Origin: Eledone cirrhosa
Lineage: Eukaryota
DNA: 64,000 nucleotides
Direction: 5' to 3'
Assembly (NCBI GenBank): GCA_964016885.1
Contig: OZ024750.1
Coordinates: 11,904,001-11,968,000, forward strand
Shown here: piece after piece, positions 39,986 through 54,242 of the stretch
Layout: every line of letters begins with the position of its first letter
Numbering within the stretch: the first letter of the stretch is position 1
Translations under genes and position numbers: made by a program
The notes under the pieces: model-generated
Seen by the model: only the letters and a program-made list of their open reading frames with translations
What the model was told of the DNA's origin: nothing
Databases searched by the model: none

Positions 39986-40078
39986 GAGTAACAACATTAA
40001 TGTAGTGATGGTTAAAAAAACAACTGAAAATACAGTGTAAAAAGTATGAGGTGTTTACTTTACTATTGAAATAGTAAT

Positions 40079-40123
<45 letters not shown>

Positions 40124-40191
40124 CACTAAGGTTACAGATAATTATATTTAATTCTGATTAGCTTTTCTCCAGTTTGCTTATTTCCACACAC

Positions 40192-40381
<190 letters not shown>

Positions 40382-40597
40382 ATGCAGACATGAAAAAAAA
40401 CAATGTTTTGAAAAGCATTTTTTTTATCTGAAACTTTTTTTTTATTAACTCTATAGTGCCACTGTCCTACCTGCCTCTTACTGCACCTCGTGTAGTCCCA
40501 CTGTTTCATCAGTTGCATCAAATGCACCTTCCCTTATGTAGTACTGCTGTTTAATCAGCTGCACCTACCTTTGTGTAGTGTCACTGTTTGTTATAAT

Positions 40598-40643
<46 letters not shown>

Positions 40644-41036
40644 CTAGAAGTGGTTCTCTTGTGGAGGCTTGTTGTCAGATGCAACGGGGGGGGGGGGCTT
40701 GTGAGTGACACCTCAAAAGGACTCTTTACCTGCTAGCAGGACCTCCTATAAACACTGAACTACTTCTAAAGATCAAAGCAATGATTAACAGCAGCCTTGA
40801 TATTCACCTTTGATTGAACCTAAAAAAAAGTTCACAATTTTAAAAATAGGGTCCCATTCAATTACTGTGCCTCTCTGGTGTGCTTTCACAGTCATTTAGT
40901 TTACTTTTAGGAAATAAGATGGTAAAACCAAACCTCTGCTGTTGACCACATGCAGTATTTTAGCTGAAACTCCCCTGTCAAACATGTTATAAAACACATA
41001 TGTGCTGTGCTAGATTTCTGACAGTTTCTGAATTAA

Positions 41037-41244
41037 CCCTTTAGCATTTACATTACTCTATACATGTTATTGTATTTTTGTGGTAAATGCTTTATCTTAC
41101 ATAATTACCTCCCATAATATCGAATCTGAGATTTTGATGTAATTTTTTTTTTAGAACAATAACTTATAAGGTATGAGCAGCCAGTTTGAACAGAAAGAGG
41201 TGAGAGAATTGTGGCTGGATACGGCCGGTTTAAATGCTAAAGAG
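41037..41244. mobile_element. piggyBac-like MITE
   Basis: TTAA-CCCTTTAGCATTTA ... TAAATGCTAAAGAG-TTAA; an empty-site duplicate lies next to it. A further degenerate copy is at about 12257-12465. Confidence 0.8.
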
Positions 41245-41656
41245 TTAAATACATTAATTACATCCATATTAAGCATGTTATAAAACACATATGTGGCGTA
41301 CTAGATTTCTGACAGTTTCTGAATTAAATACAATAATTACATCCATGTTGTACAGTTGCCTGAGTGGTGATACTTAAAAACAACAGCAACTATAATAATA
41401 TGTTGCTACCATCAAAGGGAGCCTTATTTAAATCAACATGGCAGGATACACCAAGTTTGTTTCACACATGCACCGGTAATGCTTAGTTACTGTTAATGAA
41501 GAAAATGGCAGCTAAATCAATAGGACTCCTTACTTTATCGGTCTTTAGCTAATAGGTTAATGACTCTAATTACTCCTGTATATACAGTGTATATATATAT
41601 ATATTTATATACCTCTAACATTGCTATGTAACACATCCATCATTGTGGCTCTACCA

Positions 41657-42280
41657 CATCCATGGTTGTGACTGTACATCCATGGTTGTGACTGTACATC
41701 CATGGTTGTGACTGTACATCCATGGTTGTGACTGTACATCCATGGTTGTGACTGTACATCCATGGTTGTGACTGTACATCCATGGTTGTGACTGTACATC
41801 CATGGTTGTGACTGTACATCCATGGTTGTGACTGTACATCCATGGTTGTGACTGTACATCCATGGTTGTGACTGTACATCCATGGTTGTGACTGTACATC
41901 CATGGTTGTGACTGTACATTCATGGTTGTGACTGTACATCCATGGTTGTGACTGTACATCCATGGTTGTGACTGTACATCCATGGTTGTGACTGTACATC
42001 CATGGTTGTGACTGTACATCCATGGTTGTGACTGTACATCCATGGTTGTGACTGTACATCCATGGTTGTGACTGTACATCCATGGTTATGACTACATCCA
42101 TGGTTATGACTACATCCATGGTTAGACTGTACATCCATGGTTATGACTACATCCATGGTTATGACTACATCCATGGTTAGACTGTACATCCATGGTTATG
42201 ACTACATCCATGGTTATGACTACATCCATGGTTAGACTGTACATCCATGGTTGTGACTGTACATCCATGGTTGTGACTGT
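41657..42280. repeat. 20-bp minisatellite with 18/19-bp variants at the 3' end
   Basis: Unit catccatggttgtgactgta. Confidence 0.96.
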
Positions 42281-42815
42281 AACACACGCATCCATTTATA
42301 TTACAATCTACAGCCCTACATCACAACATTCACCATTTCACAACAAATACACCACACAGAATCTGCAGCTCTTACATCACTACAGTGATGTCACAATCTG
42401 CAGCCATACACCACAACACCCAGCCCCCTTATCTCACAAATAGACAGATAGACAGTGAAGTTTACTACATTACATGCTGTTGAGTTGATAACGACAATTC
42501 ATACATCATTGTTTTTCAACATCCCTACCAATATATTCATGGCCACTTCAAGTATATATGGCTGTTTCATGGCTGTTTCATTGCTCTTCCACATCTCACT
42601 CTACTCTCAACTCATTGAAGAATTCCTTTCAAATGATATGTTTCTATAATTATGTCTGGCATTTCACAGGCTTCATACTGTTTTTCTTCATCTGCTCACC
42701 TGATCTAATTAAGTCTCATCCACTCATCGCCATGGTAACCATTGTTAGTATTTGGGGGAATGGGGGTTCTTGTTGATTTTGTTTCAAATAACTATTCTTC
42801 TCTTTCTCTCTCTCT

Positions 42816-42873
<58 letters not shown>

Positions 42874-43027
42874 TATTTCTCTCCATTTTGACATCTCCCT
42901 CTCTGTCCTTCCTTCAATGTATTCTTGTATCCTTGTGTTAAGGGAGAGATCTAAAAAGTATTTCTAATCATATCTTTTTCATGTTTTGCTCAGTTCCTTC
43001 AGCATTGAAACTTATATATATATATAT

Positions 43028-43290
43028 GGCCTAGTGGTAAGAGTGTTGGACTTACGATCATAATGTCGTGGGATCGATTCCTGAGTTGCGTGTTGTGTTC
43101 TTGAGCAAAATACTTCATTTCATGTTGCTCCAGTACACTCAGTTGAAAATGAGTACCAGCAATAGCTGGGGGGTTTAACCCTGCGATGGACTGGCGTCCT
43201 GTCCACGGGGGAGTATTGTACTCTCAGTCGCTTCATGCCATGAAACCAAGATAAGCTTCGGCTAAATGAGCCTTCTAGCTTAAGACAGAC
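43028..43290 (+). mobile_element. tRNA-derived SINE with a Nin/Deu-like central segment; partial inverted copy 2531-2635
   Basis: tRNA-like head, then gcgatggactggcgtcctgtcca..gtcgcttcatgc..gaaacc segment typical of widespread invertebrate SINEs. Confidence 0.68.
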
Positions 43291-43720
43291 TTTAGACTTT
43301 TATATATATCATCATCATCATCATCATCTTCGTTTAACGTCCATTTTCCACGCTAGCATGGGTTAGACAGGAGTTGTCCCACTTGAGGCAAGGCTGGTCG
43401 GGTGACCGTGTCTCGCTCATATAGGACTATCTGGCAGGTTTTCTACGGCTGGATGCCCTTCCTAACACCAACCACATTTACAGTGTGGAACTGGGAACTT
43501 TTTACCGTGTTACCTACACTATTATGTTGCTACAACTATATATATATATATATATAGTTACAATGTGCTTATGAACCAAAAATTAAAAGTTCAGGGCATT
43601 TAATCATATACTGGCTCTGCATGATCCTACCATTGCATTCAGCTAAAATACACAGTAAATGAGGAAAATTTACTCTCATTAATATATATATATATTTGTT
43701 TGTGAGAAGACCAAAGAATA

Positions 43721-43770
<50 letters not shown>

Positions 43771-46700
43771 ATCAAAAGATGGTTAAATGAGTTCCATGTA
43801 TTTTATTATGCGCATTTTAAAAACAAATATCATCATGCAATAACATTTGTGTTTTCATCAGATAAAATAGGAGGACATGATATGAAGGTTAAAAACACTT
43901 GTGGATAGTGCAGTTTTAAATCAACATATGATCTTATATATTATGTATACTCCAGTCCTACAAACTGTAGAGTGCTTCTTATCCGATATCTGCATTGCTT
44001 TATTGTACTACAATAAAACTCACCTCCTACATATATATATATATATATACACACCTCTTTTATATAATACCTACAATTAGTACAGCTCGTCTATCCACCA
44101 TCACTATCCACCTCCTATATATCCTGTAATCTTTTGTAGTTAATAATTCTCTGTTACATTGTCCTACTTTCACATCTTTTGTCTTTCTCTTCTTCCTGTT
44201 CTCCTCCATTTCATGTATACTTCACATTTTTTTCCTATATTGCTTTACATCTTGTCTTCTTAAACATTCTTCTCTTTCATTGAACTGCCTTCATAGGAAT
44301 GTTGTCTGTGTAACACACCAATACTTTGAATTTTTTTTTTTATTCCATTACTGTATATCTCATGAAAGAAACTGCTTATCGTTTCAAAACTATTTTGAAA
44401 ATAATCAAGAATTTTTAGTGATTTAGTAATATAACTAACTTTCTCGTTAAGCTGGTATTTTTAAACTTAATGTAGTTTCTTATGTAATATTATGATGGAA
44501 AGTTTTTAGATAAATATAAACATTTTATCCTTGTCCTTATCATATATCTAATGAAAGGCACTGCTTATAATCTTAAAATCATTTTGAAAATAATGTAGAA
44601 TTTGGAGGGATTTAGTAATATATCTAATTTTCTCTTTATTAAGCTGGTATTTGGAACATAACTTAACAAAGGTTCTTACATAATTATTATGAAAGGTTTT
44701 TAGATAAATATAAATACTTTAAAATAAAGTTTTATATCATAAAATCAGGGTTGCTTTCAGTGCTGAAAAGATAGAATTAATTATCATTGACTAATCATCA
44801 TCATCATCACTGTTTAATGTCCATTTTTCCAAGCTAGCATGGGTTAGACGAGTTGTCCCATTGTGAGACAAGTCAGATTAGGTGGCAGTGCCTTGCTCAA
44901 ACAGAACTGTTTCTGGCTAGGTCTCTATGGCTGGATACCTTCCCCACCAACCACATTAACAGTGTGGGCTGAGTGCTTTTTAATGTGGCACCAAAACAAC
45001 CAGCTGACAGGTTGGACCAGGTGCTTTTTGTCATGTCACCACCATGGCCAATTTATGAGGACTTGGTGCCTTTTGTCATGTCACCAACACAACCACTTTA
45101 CAAAGTGGACCAGGTACTGTTTATTTATCATGGCATCAAAACAACCAACTGACAGGTTGTACTGGGTGCTAATATATTTTAATTATTCTGGCACAGATGT
45201 ACAGAAGACAACTCTGGACATATTTCAGCTTTATTAAACTTCCCATTTGAAAATATTCTCTGGGAGAATTATTTTGCCCTTTTAAGAGAAACTTATATTA
45301 GATCTAGAGAGTTGTTTTCAGACATTGATTACCTCATATTAGTCTATTGGGAATAACATCTGAACCAAAGTACAGATTGTTTCAACATGGTGTTTAAAGT
45401 GATATTTACATGTCTTTCATTACCTCTCTCTCTTCCTTGTAATATCTGTTTGTGTTTATATATGTTGGGGAACAGATTTTATTTTGTTTTGGTCTTACCA
45501 GAGTGTGATGCTATCTCCTACTTATAGTAACATACACTTACGTTAAGCTCATGTCAAAATCTTGTATATTATTAAATTACTGAATATTCTATATGCTGAA
45601 ATATCAGACTTCAGAGGAAAGTAAGTAGATTCAATAATTGATAACACAGCTTTCAGATTTTGGTCCCTCCCTTCTCACTTTCACTCCTCTTACTTCTACC
45701 CTCCTCCTTCCTTCTCAGTGTTAAATAACCAGGTGTAGTTAAATTGCTATCAAAGCATCATGCTGAGTCAGTAAACTAAAATCTCCAGGAACTAATGAGA
45801 ACTTCTTTGATGGGTTGTTTGACATGCTAGAAGTAGCAGCCAAATTTTAATGTACGGACATTTATGCTCCAAACAGCCACATAATAATGAGAAACTTATA
45901 TTACTAAATCCTTCCAAATTTCATTATTTTCAAAATTATTTGAAAATCATTGGCAATGTCTTTCATTAGAAGAAACATGATAATAAAAGGGTTAAGAAAA
46001 TTCCTGTTGTTAGTATCAGCTTCTAATTTTAACATTACCCAGTCACTATTGACCCTAACTGGTTTACTTCATACTAAATCTAATTGTAACACTGATTTAG
46101 GTACCCAGACAACATGGCTTGTCTGTTACGTCTAAACAACTCTGATAACATGAATGCTGACTAATTCTTTTAATATGACTCCTTCACTGGAATCTATATT
46201 CTTTATGGCAATCCCAGAAAACCAGATTGCAAAGTTATCTCTAGAACTTTGACCAGAAGGAATTCTTCTAAGTGATGACTAATGACAAGAGGGAAAATGA
46301 AACCATACTATAATTTTTTTTAAATCTCTTAAATTATCACATTTGATGTTATAAATTTTGTAGACATTTTTACAATTAAGTGGTTTTGGAAATTAACTGT
46401 ACGCTCTCAAATTATTTTCATATTCAGGATATGTACAAACCAGGCGTATTCTTCAAGTGATGATGTACACCTAAACACACACACACTCATATATTTATTA
46501 TAATAATATAATAATGAAATTATTGTGTGAAGTGCTCAGGTGCACTACAACTCGTCAAATGTGCATGTATAGTACATAGAATAATATACAAATGTCAGGG
46601 AAGTGAATAGTGTATGAGTCATGATATACATGTGTATATGTGTATGGAGGGGGAATATTAGGTGTAGTGTTGGCAAATCTCAGGAAGCATGGAGGTTTTA

Positions 46701-47238
46701 AAGGAGCATACTGCCAGCACTATCCAGGCCATTCCAGTAAAGAAAAATAGTCATTAATTGATGATGATGATGGTGGTATGTGTGTGTCAGTGTACCAGTT
46801 TTTAGAATAAGTACGCCATATCCCTGCCTATTGTAAGCAGTGACTAAATGGGTAGCTGTCGGGAAGGGCAAACGGATGTAAAATATTGCCTCATATAGTC
46901 CCATCCAACCCATGCCAGCTTGGAAAAGTGGGTTTGTGGTTGGCATTGGGAAGGGCATCCAGCAATAGAAGCCAAGTCAAAATACCTATCTGTATGAGCA
47001 AGACGTGGCCACCCGGCCTGACTTATAACATGCGACAACCCATATAACCCATACAAGCATGGAAAATAGATGTTGAATGATGATGATGTGTGTGTATTTA
47101 AGCTGGTGCCCTAGCATGGCCACAATCTAATGACTGGAATCAGGGCTGTTATTATAAATTCACACATCTTTCAGTTTTAAGTAAGGTAATAGAATAATTC
47201 AATTCAGATGATTTGTGTGCAGAATTATGGCCTCTGTA

Positions 47239-47862
47239 ATCTCTGGATGTGACCCATATATAGAACTAGTTGATGAACAATCTCTGGATGTGACCCATAT
47301 ATAGAACTAGTTGATGAACAATCTCTGGATGTGACCCATATATAGAACTAGTTGATGAACAATCTCTGGATGTGACCCATATATAGAACTAGTTGATGAA
47401 CAATCTCTGGATGTGACCCATATATAGAACTAGTTGATGAACAATCTCTGGATGTGACCCATATATAGAACTAGTTGATGAACAATCTCTGGATGTGACC
47501 CATATATAGAACTAGTTGATGAACAATCTCTGGATGTGACCCATATATAGAACTAGTTGATGAACAATCTCTGGATGTGACCCATATATAGAACTAGTTG
47601 ATGAACAATCTCTGGATGTGACCCATATATAGAACTAGTTGATGAACAATCTCTGGATGTGACCCATATATAGAACTAGTTGATGAACAATCTCTGGATG
47701 TGACCCATATATAGAACTAGTTGATGAACAATCTCTGGATGTGACCCATATATAGAACTAGTTGATGAACAATCTCTGGATGTGACCCATATATAGACCT
47801 GCTTGATCAGCAATCTCTGGATATGACCCCTATATATAACTGTTTGATCAGCAATCTCTGGA
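47239..47862. repeat. 41-bp minisatellite, about 14 near-identical copies plus degenerate 3' copies
   Basis: Unit aatctctggatgtgacccatatatagaactagttgatgaac. Confidence 0.96.
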
Positions 47863-49014
47863 CCACATCTAGAACTTATATATTAAGCAATCTATAAGTA
47901 TGACCCACATAAAACTTGTGTGTGTGTATATATATATAAATATAGGTGTCTCTGTGGGTGTATGTTAGTCACTGCAAAAATATCATTGTTACCATTTAAA
48001 AATAATGTCAGCGAGGGACATCATTTATATCTTGCTGTATAGCAGTTCTACCAATGTTAGCTGTGTATATACAATACTTACAAATAAAGTATGGTTTGAC
48101 ATAAGATAACCTGCTTCAAAATGTCTTGTCTCAACCCATGCAAGTATGTAATAAAAGGGTTGGCGTCAAGGACATCTGATTGTAAAAAATTGCGTCAAAA
48201 AGTTCTGTTAATCCAATGCCAGCCTGAAAAAATTTGTGTGAAAAACGATGGTGGCGACGACGATGATGATGATGACAGCTGATGGAGACGACAGCTGATG
48301 GAGACATAGGTTGAATGAGTCAGTTTGTGGAATGATCATTTCATGTGACTTTAGTAGATATGTATATATATATATATATATATATAATGTCATTTTTGAT
48401 GAATCAAAGTTTATGATGAATCAAGCTTTCCTTGATGTAATGATGTAATGAAAGGCAAATGTGGAGATGTGTGGAACACAGTTCTGTTTGATTTGACCGC
48501 TTTTATTCGCAATCGTATTCTTTCGGTCATTGCCCAAGATTCATAAAAACCTTCCAACGTAATTTTGTCAAAAGAATATTTTCTGTTACAAGGGCCATCT
48601 TGGCGTAACAATACTTTTAGTAAATTCTTCTAAGCTTTTGAATTAATTGATTAAAATAACAAAGTATTTAGAAATACAAAAATGAAAGTGTTAAAGGAAC
48701 ACTGTTCCTGTTACTAGTTGACTTCAAGCTATGATAGTAAATTTGAGAGGATCATTTTTCTCTGTTTTAACTATTAACTTTTTTAGATAAACATTGCTGT
48801 GTTGGTTTACAGAGATTTTCACCATTATTCCTTTAGAAAATATATTATAAATTTGATCCTATAAAAACTATAAGTGCGAAACAATGAAGTATTTGTCTTT
48901 AAGTATGAAGTATTTATCTAGGTGTCTGCTGATGTAGAATTATGTGACAGTAGGAATTGGTGAAACCGGATATTTTATATATGTTCAAGCAGAGACATTC
49001 ATGTGTGTATATAC

Positions 49015-49046
<32 letters not shown>

Positions 49047-49608
49047 CTAGGGTGGATAAATATATATATATATATATTGAAGACGACGACTTATGAAAAT
49101 ATATATATATATTTATATACACACACACACACGCACACGTACATATATATTGAATATCGAAGACACCCACATATGAATGTGTGTGTATGTATGCGTGTGT
49201 ATATATATATATATATATACTGCTCTTTATTTGGGAACTTGTTTTACGTCATTTGTCTCCAATTTCTTTGGTTATCATTTTTCCTATCAGTACAAATGTT
49301 TCATTACTTCCTGTAGGAAATATACACATATTTACTGCAAATGTTTTAATGAAAGTTAAAAAGTCACTTTTGGTTGGGTTCTTTTTTTTCATTTGTTTGT
49401 TTATTCTAAAATTATTTTTCCATTTCTTTTCTTTCTCTGTCTCTTTAAACTCTAAGTTGATATTTACATTGGCAAAACTAGGTCAGGCAATGAAAGAATT
49501 AATATATGGGTTTTATAACCAAGGTCAGTATTAGCTCTAAGGGAGGTGTCTAATGGTCATAATTAGAGCTTATAAACATATGCACACATACGTGTGTAGG
49601 TGTGGGTG

Positions 49609-49639
<31 letters not shown>

Positions 49640-49640
<1 letters not shown>

Positions 49641-50011
49641 GTAATAATAATAAAATTGAAGACTAAAATCCAAAGAGGGCTCGATAAGGAAAATATATAT
49701 CAAATATATAAGAACCGTAGAGCAAATATTTATTAAAATAACAGATTAAAGTTTAAGCAAAGAATCGCTGCTTTCACCCTTAACAGGATCTTCTGAAACT
49801 AACAAAGTCAATCTGTAAACGCAGAACTGGATATTTCAAAAAACGTTGCAACGAACCAAAGTATCGTCTTCCTGTCTTCCTCCGGTTGCAACGTTTTTTG
49901 AAATATCCAGTTCTGCGTTTACAGATTGACTTTGTTAGTTTCAGAAGATCCCGTTAAGGGTGAAAGCAGCGATTCTTTGCTTAAACTTTAATCTGTTATT
50001 TTAATAAATAT
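49640..50011. mobile_element. Foldback element (arms 49726-49852 and 49885-50011); related segments at 20722-21117
   Basis: About 127-bp inverted repeat flanked by (TA)n; the same sequence blocks recur at 20722-20890 and, inverted, at about 21055-21117. Confidence 0.75.
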
Positions 50012-51100
50012 ATATATATGTATGTGTGTGAGTATGCATGTATATATATATATATAAATAAATGTGTATGCATGTATATATATATGTATGTGTATATGTG
50101 TGTGTGAGTATGCATGTATATATATATATATAAATGTGTGTATGCATGTATATATATGTATGGGTGTGTGTGTGTGTATGCATGTATATATATATGTGTA
50201 TGCATGTATATATATATGTATGGGTGTGTGTGTGAGTATGCATGTATATATATATATAAATATGTGTGTATGCATGTATATATATATGTATGTGTATATG
50301 TGTGTGAGTATGCATGTATATATATATATATAAATGTGTGTATGCATGTATATATATGTATGGGTGTGTATGTATGCATGTATATATATATATGTGTGTA
50401 TGCATGTATATATATATGTATGGGTGTGTGTGTGTGTGAGTATGCATGTATATATATATATATATATAAATGTGTGTATGCATGTATATATATGTATGGG
50501 TGTGTCTATGCATGTATATATATATAAATGTGTATGCATGTATATATATATGTATGGGTGTGTATATGTGTGTGTGAGTATGCATGTATATATATATATA
50601 AATGTGTGTATGCATGTATATATATATATGTATGGGTGTGTGTGTGTGTGTGCATGTATATAAATATGTGTATGCATGTATATATATATGTATGGGTGTG
50701 TATATGTGTGTGTGAGTATGCATGTATATATAAAGATTTAATGATTGTAGTGGCTGAGAGGTTGGGTGCATCCAACCTCCATCTACTTCACTTTACTATT
50801 TTGTCAACCTAGTGTCAGTAGAGAGGTCTTCTCCCATACATCGTGGCCCTCTTTCACCTTCTTGGTGACCCTCATGGTGTATATGTACATTGTATATGTA
50901 TGTATAGGTTTGTATATATGTGTGTGTATATATATATATACACTCAAAATATAATATAGTACATATATATATATGTATGTATGTATGTATGTGTATGAAT
51001 ATGTGTTTATGTATGTATATGTGTGCGTATATATATATATATGTATGTGTATGAATATAAGTGACTATGTATGTATATATGTGTGTGTGTATATTTATAC

Positions 51101-51132
<32 letters not shown>

Positions 51133-51278
51133 ATGAATATGTGTCTATGTATGTATGTATATATGTGTGCGTATATATATATATATATGTATGTATGTGT
51201 ATGAATATAAGTGACTATGTATGTATGTATGTATATATGTGTGTATATGCACATATATATATGCATATATATGTGCAT
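50012..51278. repeat. Compound (TA)/(TG)/ATGC microsatellite blocks
   Basis: Repeated gtatgcatg(ta)n modules (50012-50732) and a second block (about 50880-51278). Confidence 0.9.
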
Positions 51279-51849
51279 AGTTAATTTTCTGAATTGATTA
51301 GGTCAGTTTACATAATTGGTTCATTGTTGGTTTTTATTCAAATTTATTTGTTAATTATGCACTAAAGAGTTCATTATCTGCTACATTAACATATTCACAC
51401 ACAAATGTGCGTGCATGCACACCCACACGTGTACATACAACACACACACACATAATCAAATCTGCTGGACAAAATCATGTTTGTTAAGTTACCTTAATAT
51501 ATGTTATGCTAATGCCAACCAAACATTAGGTATGTTGGTGTCATGTGTAAGATCTGCAATAGAAACAACAGATCAGCAATTGGTCTTAAGATCGATTTTA
51601 GAACTTGGGACAGTAAGGTATTTTATAAATAAGGAAGAAGGCAAGGTTTGCTAAAAGTGGGGACACTCAGCAGCTAGTCTGACAACTACCATATTTCCAT
51701 ATTTATAAGGAATGGCTTTTATCTGTCATTTCTGACAATGTAGATACATCATCACCTTTCAACAGTCAATCCATAGTCACAGGTTGTCAGTGTCCTGATG
51801 CTAGACAGGTCAGGTTACTGTCTTGCTCATACATTCCATTTTGGCTTGG

Positions 51850-52300
51850 TTTCTACAGCTAGATACCCTTCCTAATGCATTTCTACAGCTGGATACCCTT
51901 CCTAATGCATTTCTACAGCTGGATACCTTTCCTAATGCATTTCTACAGCTGGATACCCTTCCTAATGCATTTCTACAGCTGTATGCCCTTCCTAATGCGT
52001 TTCTACAGCTGGATTCCCTTCCTAATGTGTTTCTACAGCTGTATACCCTTCCTAATGCATTTCTACAGCTGGATTCCCTTCCTAATGGGTTTCTACACCT
52101 GGATACCCTTCCTAATGCATTTCTACAGCTGTATGCCCTTCCTAATGTGTTTCTACAGCTGGATTCCCTTCCTAATGTGTTTCTACAGCTGTATACCCTT
52201 CCTAATGCATTTCTACAGCTGGATTCCCTTCCTAATGTGTTTCTACAGCTGGATTCCCTTCCTAATGTGTTTCTACAGCTGGATGCCCTTCCTAATGCCA
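51850..52300. repeat. 30-bp minisatellite, 15 copies, derived from a transposon segment
   Basis: Unit tttctacagctggatacccttcctaatgca. Confidence 0.95.
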
Positions 52301-53746
52301 GCCTCTTTCTGGTGTGTATGTGTTAAGACTAAATACAACAATACCCTTAGTCTGCTGTTGCAGCCATCTCCGACTCCTTATTTTCACTGAGAATGGTTAA
52401 TTTTTATTTCTTTGAATTGCTTTAGTGAGGAAAGGAGAGGCAGTGCCCCTTGACTCTTTTCAGTGGATCTATGAAATGGTAAGAAAAAGGGAGATATCTA
52501 CAAACCAGTGACCTAGCCTAAAGGCTCACAACAAAGTAGACTTACCTAAAGTCACCCATGGGTCACATGATGGCATTAAACCACACAACAGATTTGAAAG
52601 GCCACAGTGACTTTTAAACTCAGAATACCAAGCACCAGAACAAATACTAGACATCTCATCTGATACTTTAACAAGTCTGCAAATCTTCCATCTAGTCTGG
52701 TACTTTGGTTTATCAACTCCAAAAAGATGAAGAGCAAAGTTGACTTTAGCAGTATTTCAGTTCAGAGTTCCAGGAAGAACTATAAGGTCTTTTTCCTGCA
52801 CTTTCATGACTTATTTCGCTGCTTGTGTGTGTTAACAATAATTGTGATGATCGTGATGATGATGATGATGATACCATTTGAAGTATTGAGGTGTGTCTGT
52901 TGATGGTCCAGTCCATTTTTAACTACAGCGTCATAACCTTAAGAAAAACATCCAATCCATATATATCTTTTTATAGTGTTTCATATTACGTCCGGAAGGA
53001 AACAATTTAACGTGACTTTGTTTTACATTTATCTTTAACATTATTCAGTCACTAAAGCTCATAATCCAGGATTGTTATAGCTTCATAATGTATCAGTTAT
53101 TTTAAAATTTACAATTTGCTCTTTTGTTATCTCCTTCAGAACGTACTTAGTAACTCTAGTTTTGTCATGTTAACTGAGTCTGGGAAATGTCCCGGTTCTG
53201 CTTGTTCCGTTTACGTATGTATATACGCCTGGAGTAAAGAAAAACGTTCTAACCCCCTCAAAAGCATTCTCAATTAGTTGAGTATCAGTTTATTTCAGTA
53301 GTTGTCTGGTCTGTAGTTGAAAACCTGAACCCTTATTTTTTAGGGGTTGTGTTACCAATAGTTTTCCACTTGCTTGCTGTGCTGCTGTCAGCAGTTAAGG
53401 AGTTTAAATAGATGAAATAGGATCTTAAAGTGACAAGAATTATATAGTCTAACAACCAACAACATAATCAAAACTATGTTGAGTGATTAGTTGATTTCAA
53501 CAGGGATTGTAAGTTTTTTTTTATATTTTTGTTGTTTTTCATCAATGTCCCGCATATGTTTTAGCATATTTTTTAAATTCTCTTTCCTGTTGTTTCTTAA
53601 TACATTTGTTTTAATATCTATTTAAGTAGACACAACTAAATAGAAAATAAAACAGAAATTCTGTTGAAACAAAAAAAATAGCCTTTTCGTTGAAGAATGG
53701 TTCACATTAATGGACATTTTAAGAGACTCTTATACACTCTTCATAT

Positions 53747-53777
<31 letters not shown>

Positions 53778-54206
53778 CATATATACATAAAAAAAAGTTA
53801 ACAGCTTTTGCAGACAGGCTGTTCTGTTGATGGTGGCTGTCTTTTATAACAGTGAAATTCTTGTACAAATATTTATTTTTACTCTTCAAAATACTGTTAT
53901 TTTTTTATGATTTGGTAGACTAATAAATACTCTGGTGTTGACATTTGACAGTCTATTAATTTAGCTGTTTTTCTCATTTGACATAACATTGATTCATGTA
54001 ATTATTTTCATATTTCATTGGAAATTTCTATAAGTTATGTCAATTGACAAAAATCTAAATTCAAATGTTAGTTGCTAAAAGTGTGTTTGTAATATATATA
54101 TATATATATTGTGTGTGTGTATTTTTTCCCCCTTTTTCTCATTTACCCCTGTTCCTTCTTCTTCTCGCTCTTTATCTTTCTAGTTCATCTTTTAATTCTA
54201 ACTATA

Positions 54207-54242
54207 TCTTCTGATGAAGGACTAGTGTCCGAAACGTTAAGA
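54207..54242 (+). ncRNA. Minimal type I hammerhead ribozyme motif (Penelope pLTR type)
   Basis: TCTT-CTGATGA-A-GGAC(tagt)GTCC-GAAACGTT-AAGA: helix I TCTT/AAGA, helix II GGAC/GTCC, palindromic ACGT helix III, GUU triplet. Confidence 0.75.

Noticed and set aside
39251-40005. 248-aa and 218-aa repetitive ORFs
   Set aside because: Translation of the 27-bp tandem repeat. The same applies to ORFs at 5462-6328, 33671-34216, 41605-42189, 49988-51284 and 51823-52390.
43028-43100. tRNA-like A/B box sequences
   Set aside because: These are SINE heads and do not form a complete cloverleaf; no tRNA gene called.
47239-47862. CRISPR-like regular arrays (also 1765, 7197, 29329)
   Set aside because: Head-to-tail repeats with no unique spacers, no cas genes, and a eukaryotic intron context.
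49938-49975. Hammerhead-like CAGAAGA...GAAA in the 49.7-kb foldback
   Set aside because: U4 is substituted and there is no proper helix I or NUH triplet, so it is not called as a ribozyme.
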